64,000 bases of DNA from Podarcis cretensis (lineage: Eukaryota). The notes below the pieces were generated by a model. That model was not told the origin of the DNA and searched no databases. It was given only the letters and a program-made list of their open reading frames with translations. The first letter of the stretch is position 1. Each line of letters opens with the position of its first letter. The position numbers and the translations under genes were made by a program. Below are positions 12,054 to 24,665 of this stretch, piece by piece. The stretch is from the NCBI GenBank assembly GCA_951804945.1, contig OX638151.1:73222001-73286000 (forward strand), read 5' to 3'.

Positions 12054-13614
12054 GTTTAGGCTAGTAAACAAAAAATAGATTTGATATTGAGAGTAAAATG
12101 TTAAACTCTGTGAGATGATTTATCATTAAACAACTCCATGCTGCCTAGCTTTAAGGTTCTGAGAAAAATAAGCAATTAACATTATGACAAAACTTCTATC
12201 TTTCATCCACTTTTATTTCTAGATGTTAAGAATATTAATTTCCTGTTCTTATCTTATTTTCTTCAATTTTTTACTTTCTAAAGCTATAGATCATTGTACT
12301 AAATTTTCCTGACTTCCTGGAGGCTAACTTGACGGATTCTGAAAAAGAATTTATGAATAAGACTAGATTGTAAACACAGAATTTCCCCATTTAATGTTGC
12401 AGAGTTCTTTATTTATTAGTATTGAGTGCTGGCATTTTTTGAGTCCCTTGGTTTATTTAATACATCAGTGAATAAAGTAATGCATAGCTTATGGTTAATC
12501 TATCACTTCTATATTGTCCTGTCTAGATTTTGGTTTAAGGCCACTAATCTTTTTCAGTCTTGCTTTGCTGTTTTTAAAACTCACATCTATTTGAAATGGT
12601 TAAGTGATAAGATTTATTCTGATTATTGTTTGAATCAAATAACTAATGCATTTTTGACAGTTTGAATATTGGATGTGGTCCTACTTATCCCATGCACAGG
12701 CAGTAGAGTGCAGAACAGCTCTCTCAGATCCCAGCATAGTTAGCCCCTTTCCCACCATGCCACCTTAGTGACTGGCAACTGCTGCTCTTAATGTTCTCCA
12801 TCATAGCCTGAGTGTCACTTCAAAGAGATGCCCTCCCATGCATCTAATACCTGAGGCAACCAGAATTTTGAACTTGTTGTAAATGTCTGCATAAAATATT
12901 ATGTTTTTTAAAATTATTTGCAGAATGATTAAGGTGATATAGCACAGCTCTTATAATGTTCATTAAACATAAGTAGTCATACTGCTGTGGATGTAAAAGG
13001 TTTCCATTCTTTGGATCAAGCATATTAGAAACTGAGGACTGCTGAAAATTGCATTCATTTAAAACATCTATTTGTTAGTTGATTTTAAATGCCAAGCTCT
13101 CATGAACTGATTGGGAAAAAAATATAGAAAATTGCTTATGAATCACATTTCAAATGAGGCTGGCTTGGTTTGCACATCTTGGTAAACCATTTTCTGAAAT
13201 AAAGTTCCCCTGTAAACCACTGAGTATGGTTTACCATAATGTGTGGACAGAGCCTTTATTTATTATCACTCTGTTGAGTGGTAAAAGCTAAATCTTTTTC
13301 TCCAAAATTTAGAAGTAAGCTTGAGAGGTGCCACACTTTATTGTACCACATTTATGCTGATGAAAGGTCATAAACACTTGAACAAAAGATAATTACTTAA
13401 ATCAGAGCTCTATAAAATACAAAAGCATGTGCATGCTTTCCCACAGTTTGTTCAAATACGAAATCTCCACCAACTATTCATTGTCTGCAATGAGCAGTAG
13501 TGGCAGGGAACTTGAACAATGAAAAATCATGGCTTAATTTTAATGTGTGTTTTTTATTAAAAACAACAACACGGTGGTATTTTACTAGAAATAAGTATTT
13601 AATTTGCTTTTCAG

Positions 13615-13726
13615 GTAACAGAGAACATGCACCTTTGCTTACCAGATCTGGCATCTCAGGATTGGAAGTCAAATATGCTGCTGATGAGAGAGCACTTTTC
13701 CAGGAAGTGGTGAACATTGTTAAAAG
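13615..13726 (+). CDS. REV3L: REV3L exon (NREHAPLLTRSG...VNIVKR)
   Basis: ttttcag| acceptor, AAG|gtaggg donor, phase 1 to 2. Confidence 0.94.
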
Positions 13727-14369
13727 GTAGGGCATCTGTAGATCCTGCTTTTTCATCCTCAGAAACTTTTATTTAAACATTTTCAAATCCAAGTTTACCT
13801 ACCTTCTCTTCCCATGTTTAAATGGTTTTGATTTCTTGGAAAAGTCTGTTTTTCCTGCTCACAACAGATATATCTATATTATAAGGTTCTTTATGCAAGT
13901 CTCTCTTATACAGGCCTCTCACATCAATCTTGGTGGAGTTTTAATATTCCCAAACTGCATTTCAATGTTTATTAGAAAATACTCTAAGGTTTAAATGATC
14001 TTGCAATACAAATTAAAACATACACTGTCTTAAGTAGGAAGAAGTTTTTTTTAAAAAGAACTTTATCACAAAACTCATATCTCGTAGTTGTACAGACATA
14101 AACAGATATAAAAACTGGCCTCTTTACATGTCTTCTCTCAATGGGAAAGTCCTTATTTTCCCCTGGTTTGAAAAGTTCCTGGCCAGTTTTTGTAGCAAAC
14201 TCTGATCATGGCCTGTGGAACTTCAGGTGTGTCTTTCTTCAGGTCAATAGCCAAAACCTCAAAGTCTGAATGTTACCAAGGAAACAAAATTTTGAAACAT
14301 CTGGCTGGAATACATTCTCAAGGAAAATGTGTACTAGGCAGAGTACATTTGCAATTCTCTCTCTCTCTG

Positions 14370-15300
14370 ACTAGAAAACTTCTGATGAGAATGGCATTGA
14401 CTAAATCCAGGAAACCAGAGTATTAAAGAGTTGCTGAGAGCAACCAACACTGGGTGGGTCCTGGCGAAGCAGCGGATTCCTGTTCAGAGAAGACAAAATT
14501 ACAGGTAAGGAAATTAATTTTTTCTTTCTCTTTTTTGGGAATCCGCTGCTCCGTCTGGCTTAGGAAACAACTTGGAAGTAACAACCTGCTACTTTTATTT
14601 TTCCTATAAAGTTCTCCACCATTTGGGGAAAATGCCACTTGGCCACATGAAACCATGCCAAAGAATATTGTTACAATTTATTTGCATTTCTGAAGACTTA
14701 ACTGCTGAAGGCTTTATTGAATGAAGAAAGCACACCAATTTCTAATATAATTGTTGCGGACATTCAAAGTTACCTGGGGAACAGCTTTTGAAGTGCTGTG
14801 TGCCTATTTGCAACGTCTGTACAACAAGTGGAATATCGTGTGTACCTTCAAATATTTTGATTAGGCTGTTTTTATCCCTTGAAGGATAGCAGTTCATAAC
14901 CCCTCTAGAAAAGTTGACACAAGACTTTTTTTAGGCAGTTCTCAGCTTAGAACAGTAAGACATTTGCTCTTTTTCATTCTTTTTAAATAGTTTTCTATTA
15001 GTATTGTTTCTTTACCTTGATGGTAAAGAGAATTTCACATTTGTTTGTTTTAAATACCAGATTAAAGGGCAAACTAATTTTACCATACCTTCTTGATGAT
15101 GGAGATACTGTGGGAGTTATATAATTGACTGTTCATATAAAACACAGAGGTCTCAGGAAGAACAGCAATTAATACCTAAACTATTCCTTTTGGGCCACAT
15201 TCTTTGCAACACCTTTCTGTAAAATCAATGACGTACTTCGGAATAAATGTGTTTTCAATTTCACTATGAGAGCTGACAAGAATTTAACCTCTTTTCCCCC
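14370..15300 (-). mobile_element. Probable ancient DIRS-like retrotransposon relic (ICR plus decayed tyrosine recombinase)
   Basis: 13-bp inverted repeat around GAGAA...TTACAGGTAAG...TTTCTC; frameshifted minus-strand traces AHST (14792-14803), EIxLPS, SAxxSEI. Confidence 0.45.
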
Positions 15301-15714
15301 CCAGTTTCTATTATATTTATTTGTTAAATTTATATACTACCCTTCATCATTAATAATAATTATATTGGACCCATAAATCCTATAATAGCTTTTGTTGCTG
15401 ATTATTATGCATCACTTGATTTATTGAAAAGACTGCTGAATGGAGAAAATCCAAATGAAAATGTTTTTTGATATTTCTGTGATGTTGTGGATTTTTTTCT
15501 TTAGGAGCTATTGATTCTGATGCTGAATTCAATCCAACTACGTAGCCATACAAATAAGACCAGCAGTTGTTTGAACCTAGGGATAGTCCAAAACAATACA
15601 GCAAATATCATTTGTCGTTTGGATTCCATACAAACCTCCATCAGAATCCTTGACTTAACCTGGCCAAGATTTGACAAGGTTTCAGTGACATAGGATTTGG
15701 CAAAATGCTTTGCA

Positions 15715-15873
15715 GAGGATCAGGCTATTGATCCTCCTGCCCAAGACATTTAGTGCTCTGACAGGCACCGGCTCACTAGCATGTCAGGCAGGGTTACCTG
15801 CTACATGAAGATGCTGGCAGTTGAACCTGGGAACTTCTGCACACAGAGCAGATGCTTTACCACTGAACTATGA
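15715..15873 (-). mobile_element. tRNA-derived SINE (Squam-type), degraded
   Basis: Minus strand reads TAGTTCAGTGGTAAAGCA (A box) ... GGTTCAACTGCC (B box). Confidence 0.7.
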
Positions 15874-16342
15874 TTGCTCCACAGTTTCACTTTGAAGATC
15901 TTTTCAGCAAGTTCAGGATAGAAGCAAATTATGTTCACAAGTTCAAGTTGGCAGTATCTATAATAAAATGGTGATATTTGTAGGTGACATCCTTTTAGCT
16001 ATGGAAGCTGCTGCTGTAGATTTTTCTGGCTACATTAAAGTAAAACTGAAGATAATGATGTCTCTGTTATAATTTCTTAAAAGCCTGTTGAGTTAATTCA
16101 GAAATGAGAACTTTTACAAAAGGAACCAAATTATTTCCTAGTAGAAACTTCTATTTTTTTAATAGTACAAATGACCTGAAAAAATGTTTTGAGAAATCAA
16201 ATATTCCCTAATGTTACTAATGGATAAGCCTTATCAAATATTTTTTATATGTTTGAATGTCCTACGGTTCCTTTTTGTCTAAACTGTGCGATTTAGAAAA
16301 GTATTCTCTCTTCTGAAATGAAAAGGAATATAACCTGTAGAA

Positions 16343-16468
16343 CAGAGGTGGCTAACCTATGGCACTCTAAATGTTGTTAGAGTACAACTCCCATCACTGG
16401 CCCTCCAGATGTCAATTGTCTCCAACTCTTAACAGCTCAAGTCAGCATGGCCAGTTTGTCCAAACCTG
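16343..16468. mobile_element. hAT MITE (ACTACA family variant)
   Basis: CAG...CTG ends, perfect 8-bp TSD CTGTAGAA; internal GTACAACTCCCATCA. Confidence 0.8.
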
Positions 16469-16726
16469 CTGTAGAAGAATGCAGGAGGTAAAGAGAGAGA
16501 GAAATAACCTACTGGGTCTGTGGTACACTACTTAGTGAAAGCACAAGAGTCTGTGAAGTATAGAACAAAGCTTTCACAACAGAATCTGTTGGGTGCCCTT
16601 TTGCCTTTTAATTCAAATAATAATAACCCACATTTTCATTTTAAAAAACTAAGCACTTCTAGACGGGGGAAATGTTTTTGGGGGGTATTTTTAAGGAATC
16701 AAAGTATGTTGACTATGTTCTTTTAA

Positions 16727-16729
16727 ACA

Positions 16730-16770
<41 letters not shown>
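16727..16770. repeat. (AC)n microsatellite
   Basis: Directly visible, one interruption. Confidence 0.98.
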
Positions 16771-16772
<2 letters not shown>

Positions 16773-18115
16773 CCTTGAAGCAAGGTGGCCCTGGATAATG
16801 TCTGCATTGCTGCCACTTTATGGCAGCAAGTACTGTTTAAAGTTTTTTAGCAGTAAACACTGAAACTTTAAAGAAGCGTCCACAATGCCCACTCTTGAGG
16901 AAAAACCCTTCTGCAGATGGAGATATAGATGACCTAGAGACCCCTTTAGGACCACTATAACAGCAAAGTTGTAGCAGTTCTGCTGAAGTTTCAGACAACA
17001 GCAGTAGCCAGCCAGAAGAATGTTGGCAACAGTGGACAGGCTAAGGAGGCCACTGATCTGCTGCCCATCCCAATCCACTACTGGGTACAAAGACTATACT
17101 TTGAATAGTGGGTGGGTTGGCCTGAGCCATAACAGATTAGAAAACCATCGAAGAAATCAGTATGTAACAACTAAACTAAAGGCATTTCTCAGTCTATCAA
17201 TCATAAGATTTTGGCTGGGAAGCTACATGGTTTAGGCTCAGAGTGCTGAAAAAGTGAAAAGGAAAGTCACTCTTCGTTAAAATACTGAGCAAGAGCAGCA
17301 TATGCACATCACGCAGAACCAATGTCCAGAGTGTCTCACCTCTGCTCACAAGGAGGCATAGAAATCTGACGTGTTAAGCAAAGTTTTATGGATTAACATT
17401 TTTAGATACTTACCATAATTCAAAGAGCCACAGTATTACATGGCAGCAGCTTCTAGTGCAATGTTGGAGGCTGCTTCTGAATTACATTGTCTAGGTTTTT
17501 TCTGTAAATAGAGCCTTTGAAGCCTTGCTGCGTGTGCAGAATTTACCTGGTTGTGTGTCATCATTTTATAAGACAATGCAGTTTGAAGGATAAGCATGAA
17601 ATTATAGCAAATGAAGCTTTCTATAGAGCATGTTACTTTTGCAGAGGGAGCTAAGGAATTGCTCCTGCTTTATGGTGAAATGTGTACATTTTTCCTGCAC
17701 TGATGTATATAACTTGGGCCTCATTCTCACTGAGCTTGTAATGCTGTACCTGGGTCTAGCTTTCTATGTGAAGGAAATATTTTGTATGGACAAACATTCA
17801 GTCATATGGGCTCCAAGCAACAGTCTTGATACAGTACAACATTTATATACTGCTTGATTGTAAGAGAGCCTCTAAGCAGCTCACAAAAATATAAAGCAAA
17901 ACATTAAAACTCTCAGTGAAATTAAATCCCACATTATCTCTGCCAACTGGACAATGTAACTCTACTATAATTTTTCCGTACTTATGTGAAACATTACAGA
18001 CCTCAAACATGGTGATCTTTTCTCTTCTCATTTGAATTGAAGTCATTGAGAACTCACTATGTATAACTTGTGAGAATTAGAGCTTCCAAGTGGTGGTTTT
18101 CTACATGGCTACTGT

Positions 18116-18261
18116 CAGTGCTTTTTTCTGGGGGTACGCAGGGGTATGCATACCCCTAAACATTTTGTGAATCTAAGTTTGGCCTCATTGAGGGGCAGTA
18201 TTTCAATATGAGTAGGATAATGAGAGTACCCCCAAACATTTTTTTAAATAAAAAAGCACTG
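18116..18261. mobile_element. hAT MITE
   Basis: TIR CAGTGCTTTTTT / AAAAAAGCACTG; TSD GCTACTGT / GCTACCAT, both derivable from GCTACCGT by CpG decay. Confidence 0.85.
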
Positions 18262-18444
18262 GCTACCATGATTCATATGGTTACTGCAGTGCTTTTTTGA
18301 AGTGCCCCGATCACACAAGTCACAAAAAGTATAAACGGCCCTTGTATGGAGATAACAATTCTCTTTCAAATGCAGCCTCTGTATGAGTGTTGCTGGCATT
18401 TGAACCAGCATATTGCGTCACATCTAAAGCAGGCAAAGTATTTA

Positions 18445-18798
18445 CAGTGGTGCCTCGCAAGACGAAAAGAATCCGTCCCGCGATTCTCTTCGTATAGCGG
18501 TTTTTTCGTCTTGCGAAGCAAGCCCATTGACAGCTTAGCGGCTTAGCGCTATTAGCGGTCTAGCGGCTTTTAGCGATCAGCTGATAAGCGGCTTAGCGGC
18601 TTAGGAAAAGGGCGAAAAAAGCGAAAAAACCCCGCGGGAACTCGCAAGATTTTTTCGTCTTGCGAAGCAACCCCATAGAGAAATTCTTGCGAAGCAACCC
18701 CATAGAGAAATTCATTTAGCGAAGCGCATCCAAAACAGAAACCCCTTTCGTCTAGCGTTTTCCGTCTTGCGAGGCGTTCGTCTTGCGGGGCACCACTG
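18445..18798. mobile_element. Tc1/mariner (Tigger/pogo-like) MITE
   Basis: TA|CAGTGGTGCCTCGCAAGACGAA ... TTCGTCTTGCGGGGCACCACTG|TA; CpG-rich, internal TTCGTCTTGCGA repeats. Confidence 0.92.
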
Positions 18799-19651
18799 TA
18801 CTAGCTAAGTTCAAAATAATTATGTATCACACAGCAACCTTCCAGGGGACACATCTTTTTTTAACCAATGGGAGTTTCAAACATGGACCTTATGACATGG
18901 CATAAGGACCTGCTGTTTTAAAAGTAACAACATGTCACTATACATACTTAAACTGGCTCTTTGGATCCCAGCCTCTCCCCTCCCCATGGGAACTAGAAGG
19001 GAATTCTCCACCAGTTATTTGTGGTTAATTGCTTGTATTTCCAAAATTGTCATTAGAAAATATACATGTTAGACCTAATCCAGAGAAAGCACCAAAGGAA
19101 TGATATACAAAACTATGGATACATGACACTTCATGCTTACACTTGGGTACAAGTTTCCACATGGGGATAAATACGGAATTTTTGTTATTTGTAATTAAAT
19201 GTATTCAGTTTTTCTCCGTAGCCCCATCCACTTGGCAGACTTTTGCATACTCAGTACCTTTTTTTTGTGTAGATTGTGTTTTCTGACTCACGGTATGTTC
19301 TTCCTTCTTTACTCAAGCAAGACTTCATGTTTATATTAGGCTGCTGGCATTAAATTCAGTATAAATTTGTTGAGTTTATTATTTTATTTATTTAACAGAG
19401 TTTATATACTGCATACTAGAACAACAATGTCCTCTAAGCAGTTTACAACAAAATATAAAACATTCATTAAAAATACCTGTAAAAGCAAACATTAAAAACA
19501 AACGACATAAGATGGTAAAATAGAAAAAATGAGTAATTTTTAAAAGCATAACTTTTAGTTAACGTGAAATGCTAAAATTACGTCTGAGTAGGTTTGCTGA
19601 AACAAAAAAGAGCACATGGTTCTATGAAGAAAATGTATGTTCTCTTTTTAG

Positions 19652-19767
19652 GTATGATCCAGATATTTTGCTGGGCTATGAAGTTCAGATGCATTCCTGG
19701 GGATACCTCTTGCAGAGAGCTGCTGCTCTAGGTGTTGATTTATGCCAAATGGTCTCACGTGTTCCAG
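19652..19767 (+). CDS. REV3L: REV3L exon (YDPDILLGYEVQMHSWGYL...RVP)
   Basis: ttttag| acceptor, CAG|gtgtgt donor; B-family ExoII-like peptide. Confidence 0.96.
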
Positions 19768-19837
19768 GTGTGTTTATGATTCTAAGGTTCCTAATTCTAA
19801 AGTTATTAATAACTGTGAGAAGCCGTGGTTTTATTCT

Positions 19838-20294
19838 ACTATTATTCCGGGTATAAAGCCATTAGTACCAATTTTTTTGTATATAAGATGAGGTGTTTTG
19901 CTATAAAAAAAATAGTAAAAAATTGGTGGTCGTCTTTTACACAGAACATGGGCATCTGGGGGAATTTTTAAAATATTTAAAATATTTAAGCATATGTTTG
20001 GCTTGGGCGGGCTGAGGCGGTCCCTCCTGCTGCTTTCCCCCCTGCCTTCCCCCGGTTCTTCCTTGGCATCCTGCTTGGGAGCCTGCTTCCGCAGTCGCTG
20101 CCTTTGCTTCTGCACTGCATGCACCTCATGCTGGAAACTTTGAGGGCAATTGCCCAAAAAAAGATCAACAACATGCCACCATCAATCATCCAGATTTTCA
20201 CTTCTATTTTAGGGTTTCATTTTTCTTAATTTGGGGTTCAAAAAAATAGGGGTCGTCTTATACATGAGGGCATCTTATACATGGAAAAATACGG
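19838..20294. mobile_element. Tc2/pogo-like non-autonomous element
   Basis: Right end GTCGTCTTATACA...GGAAAAATACGG; left end degraded; same family as 21582-21930. Confidence 0.7.
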
Positions 20295-21084
20295 TGTTAC
20301 TGTTGCAATTTTAGTGTTTTTCACTGTCTCTCACTAGGAAACTTGACTACATGCATTCTGTTCAATCAGCTAGCAAGGATCCTTCTTTCAGTTTTCTGTA
20401 TTAGAGTAGTGGTTGTTTATCTTTTTTTTTTGAAGAGATGGGAGCAGAAATAGATGAAGCAGCTAGCCAAGGGAGAAGCATTTGAGGACCTGAGTCACTG
20501 CAATGAACAGTGGGAGAGCCATATCCTGTGTAAAGTGTCCACAGGATAAGAACCTGAGGAAGAGTGACTAAATATAAACCAGTTTGCATAATGGAAACCA
20601 TATAGAACTGTGCTCTTCTTCACACACTACTTTAAACCTAGGGTGTGGAACTGAAACCAACCAATGGGTTGGAGTCATACTTTGCCTGCCCACCTATCAA
20701 TCACCTGATGTCCCAGTGACATCAGGCAATCCATTTTCCTTTGATCACACAATTAGAATTAAGAAAGAATGGGTAAAGGCACACTTTGCAGGCTCCAATG
20801 GTTAGCTGGTTGTTGGTAGTCACAAAGCCCTATGTCTTTGCAAGCATCAGCATGATAATCAGGGCTTGCAAAGGCACAGGGCTTTGCTGGAACAGCTGAT
20901 CTTCAGTACCTTCAAACCCCACTTTCAGCAGGGAGCTGCAACTTTATCCCTCTCCCCCCCCCGCCCCGACATTATATATGAGGTGTAGGGCAGGTGGCTT
21001 TGTCTTGTAGAAGGTGGCTTCACGGGCCAAATGGGTAATCCTGATGGGCCTAACTAGGCCCATGTGAGGGTTCCCCTTCACTAC

Positions 21085-21505
21085 TTAAAATCATAGTTAA
21101 GCTTAGTTGTAATTTAAAGGGTCCAGTGTGCTCGTGCACATGGCTAAAATCACAGGCACTTTGCTCTTTTCCTGCTGCTGATAGCTAAGCCATGGTCTGG
21201 GTTAGTTTTACATCATCATCATTTAATTTATTATTTATAACCCCGCCCATCTGTCGGCTCATGGTTTGTTCCCTCCAAACAAACAAACCTAGCGCTGGAG
21301 GAAGTAGCATTTAGCTTGTGGTTTCTTTGGGGGGAGAGAGAAGCCCAGGTTCATCCGTAACATTAAACCAAACCATGGCTTTGCTCTTGGCAACATAGCA
21401 GCGGGAATGAGGAAGAAGTAAAGTGCCCACAATTTCAGCCCATAGCCCCAGCTTTCACTTAACTATGGTTAAGGTTAGCTATGGTTTGAAGTGACATGCA
21501 AACCA
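21085..21505. repeat. Long imperfect palindrome (non-autonomous DNA transposon)
   Basis: Left GGCTAAAATCACAGGCACTTT...AGCCATGGTCTGGGTTA mirrors right TAAACCAAACCATGGCT...AAAGTGCCCACAATTTCAGCC. Confidence 0.7.
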
Positions 21506-21581
21506 TGAGTAGTGCAGTGGATGCTGCTTCTGGACAATTTATATGAGTGATGAAACCTTGGAATATGATAAAAAGTAAGTA

Positions 21582-21930
21582 CTCTATTTTTCCACGTATA
21601 AGACGACCTTTTTTGATTTTTTTGTGATAAATTGAGGCTCGTCTTATACACGGGTTAATATGCTAAGTAGCAAGGGCTGGTGCTATAGCGGTGACAGGGA
21701 AATGTCGGAGAGGAGACTGCTTACCCGCTCTTCCTGGCTTAGGAAGAGTATCTGGTGAGTGCCAGTATGCGGTGTATTGCGGCACCAGTCCCGTCAGCCC
21801 GAGCAGGGGATCGTCGAAAAGCTGCTCAACAGCTCAGCGAACTTACAAAAGAAGCTAAACAACTGTTGAGGGCTCCCAAAAATAGGGGTCGTCTTATACA
21901 TGGGGTCATGTTATGCACAAAAAAATATGG
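21582..21930. mobile_element. Tc2/pogo-like non-autonomous element
   Basis: TA|CTCTATTTTTCCACGTATAAGACGACC ... GGTCGTCTTATACA...AAAAATATGG|TA. Confidence 0.75.
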
Positions 21931-22335
21931 TAAGTTGTAAGGGCAAAGATTTTAAAAACACAAAATAATGAACATTTCTGGTTCTTCTAGTGCATGGATT
22001 ACGGATATGCCTTACAGATGCTACAGGTGACTTTAATATGTGTGAACAGAAATTGGGAGAGTCTGCAAACCAGATTCCATTATAAAATCAGACCTGCATT
22101 CCTAAGTAGAATAAAAAGAAAACCCACAACAAACCACAAAGATTTTCATATTTGCTGTAATATACTATCTAGTGGCAGTATTTTGGCCTTTTTTGTGTTA
22201 TTCTTGCCAGAAAGACTGACCACCACTGCTCTAGTTTGTAGGTTCAGAAGATGACTTTTCCTTCTGATAAATATTTCATTGTATTTGTACTAAACTTGAT
22301 TTGAGTTGCTGAAATATTCTCTTTTAATGATTTAG

Positions 22336-22454
22336 ATGATAAAAAAGAAAACAGATTTACTTCAGATCAAGATGAATATGGGTCTGATACAATGAGTGAA
22401 ATAAACATTGTTGGAAGGGTTATGCTGAATATCTGGAGAATCATGAGAAATGAG
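22336..22454 (+). CDS. REV3L: REV3L exon (DDKKENRF...IVGRVMLNIWRIMRNE)
   Basis: tttag| acceptor, GAG|gtaaac donor; translated by hand, phase consistent. Confidence 0.95.
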
Positions 22455-22794
22455 GTAAACTTTGGCAAAATCACAAAAAACCTACTTTGAAATAAATGCC
22501 ATATTTTCAATAAAAAACCATTTTCTTATCTTGGAGTTTGCAAATTTGTATCTTCTTCCCATATGCTTGTTATCAGTACAGGAAATATGAAATCCATGGA
22601 AATGTAGTTATAATCATAATCTTCCATTATTTTGCTGAGCTGATGCTTTACTCTATAGCATATTCCACTCACATAACCTATTCTCTGTTCAAGGGCCACC
22701 TTGCATTTCAGCACTGGCTGCCTACTAGTTTAATTCCTTGATTATTACACTTGCTGATATTATTAATTATACTACTGGTAACAACTGTGTTGAC

Positions 22795-22975
22795 AAATCA
22801 AAGAGTCCTATGACACCTGAAAGGCTAACAAATGAATTGTGGTGTATGTTTTCAGGGGCCAGAGCCATTATCATCAGATACAGAAAGGAGCATCTGATAA
22901 AATGAACTCTGGTCTTTGATGGTTTATGCCACGATTGACTTGGCATAGGTCTCTTTGTTTTTGCTGCAAACTAAT
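22795..22975. mobile_element. Penelope-like element inverted terminal-repeat relic
   Basis: AAAGAGTCCT...CACCT...CTAACAAAT...CATCAGAT / GCATCTGAT...TTATGCCAC...CTCTTTG arrangement recalled from reptile Penelope pLTR remnants. Confidence 0.65.
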
Positions 22976-23868
22976 GTGATTTCTTCTGGATTATGTAATG
23001 AAAAAGCATGGCCATAAGACATTTCTAATTCTTGGTGAAAAACCAGTTGTTTCCCCCCTTAGTCCCTCTAATTGTCTACTTTATGGGTGTTTGAACTTCC
23101 TTTTGCATGTTCAGGTGATAATCTGTGCTCTCCCCCCCCCCCCCCCGCTGCAGGCTGAGCCCCACCAGCAGTGGTTGCACCTGTTGGCTTCCTGGGGGCA
23201 GATCATGGTATGAACCAGAGGGGAAACCCTCCCTTCCCTTCTGGTCCATTCCTGGGTTATGAAAAGTTGACCTTGCCTGGGCCTCAACAGTGCTGTCAAC
23301 TTCCATTCTTGTCTTATAGCACACTTCACCTTACAATTGATTAAGTTGCTGGTTAATTTTACTCATAGTCACAACTGGCTTAGCAATTACAAAGGTATTG
23401 CCTTCCCCACAGCAATGTTCTTCAATGGTGATTCAATTACATTGCCCTGTAGTTTCATCACAACTGTGTGGCAGACCTTGAAGACAGTCAAATACATAGC
23501 AGGGGCTGTCTCCCCATTGCAGGACCCTCATAATGGATCTTGGGGTCACTTCAGAGCCAAACCCAGCTCACGGGCTAGCAAGCCTGCAACACACCCAGGG
23601 TGGTTGCAGTGATAGCGCATAGTACCAGTCTACACAGAGGTGGGCCTGAGCTTGCCTTCTATCCATTGATGGATCCATTGAAGTATTTGAGCTGAGTGGT
23701 TGTCTTGAACCTGAATCCTGTGCTATGCCATGGCAAACTCTGTGTAAGCTTTAACCAGTAAAAGTTGTGAGCATTTTTAAACATACCCTGTAATTCTTAC
23801 TCTTCCACTCCACTTTACCAGGACAAATTATATAGGCATGTGATCATACAAGTCTTCTCTTATTTTAG

Positions 23869-23987
23869 GTGACTCTAACTAACTATACTTTTGAAAATGT
23901 GGGCTTTCATATACTTCATCAGCGCTTTCCACTGTTTACCTCTCGCGTTCTGTCTGATTGGTTTGACAACAAGACAGACATCTATCG
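23869..23987 (+). CDS. REV3L: REV3L exon (VTLTNYTFENVGFHILHQRFP...DIYR)
   Basis: ttttag| acceptor, CG|gtaagt donor. Confidence 0.95.
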
Positions 23988-24194
23988 GTAAGTACCAGTT
24001 CTTATGAGTATTTTAAAGTATGCTTCCTGAATCAAAGTCTGATCTGTTGTATATAAAGTTTTCAAACCAAATGAAAACTTAATTAGCAAGGAAAAAATGA
24101 AACAAAGTTGGCTCCTGACAGAAGAATAACAAATGTGCTGCCATTCCGTAGCGCACAATTCAACTTTCTACCCATATCATTTGATCAGTTAAGG

Positions 24195-24332
24195 CAGCAC
24201 TGACCAATGTGGTGCCTTCCAGTTGATCTAGTACTACAGTTCCCATCAACCCCAACCATCATAGCCTATGGTCATAGATGACAGCAGTTGTAGCCCAACG
24301 TACTCTGGAGGCCATCGCGTTGGCTACCTTTG
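24195..24332. mobile_element. Hairpin hAT MITE, degraded
   Basis: ACTACAGTTCCCATCA ... AGTTGTAG...CTGGAGG arms. Confidence 0.65.
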
Positions 24333-24665
24333 ACTTAGTCAAGTTTGCATACCACTCCTGCATGACCAGGTACCACTGGAGGTGGATCAAGTGGCTACTT
24401 CAACAGACCCAGTGAAGATGTGGTGCTCATGTGCAAAGTACTGACATTATCAAAGATATACTGCATATTGCTGAATATCAGACATAAGTAGTTATGTAAC
24501 ATGGTTGCTGATCACAGGAGTGGCAATTGTGCTGTAAAGGTAGCATGTTAACTAGACTTTACCATTGTTGTATATCTCAAGTGTAACAGAACTTCATGGT
24601 GCAGTTTTCCTTCCAGTTTATTCAAGCAATAAATAACAAATTGCTACCCCTTAATAGCTAGGATA

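Noticed and set aside
18490-18790. Repeat-spacer-like pattern (TTCGTCTTGCGAAG) resembling a CRISPR array
   Set aside because: Irregular spacing, enclosed by TIRs and TA TSD, vertebrate DNA, no cas genes: MITE subterminal repeats
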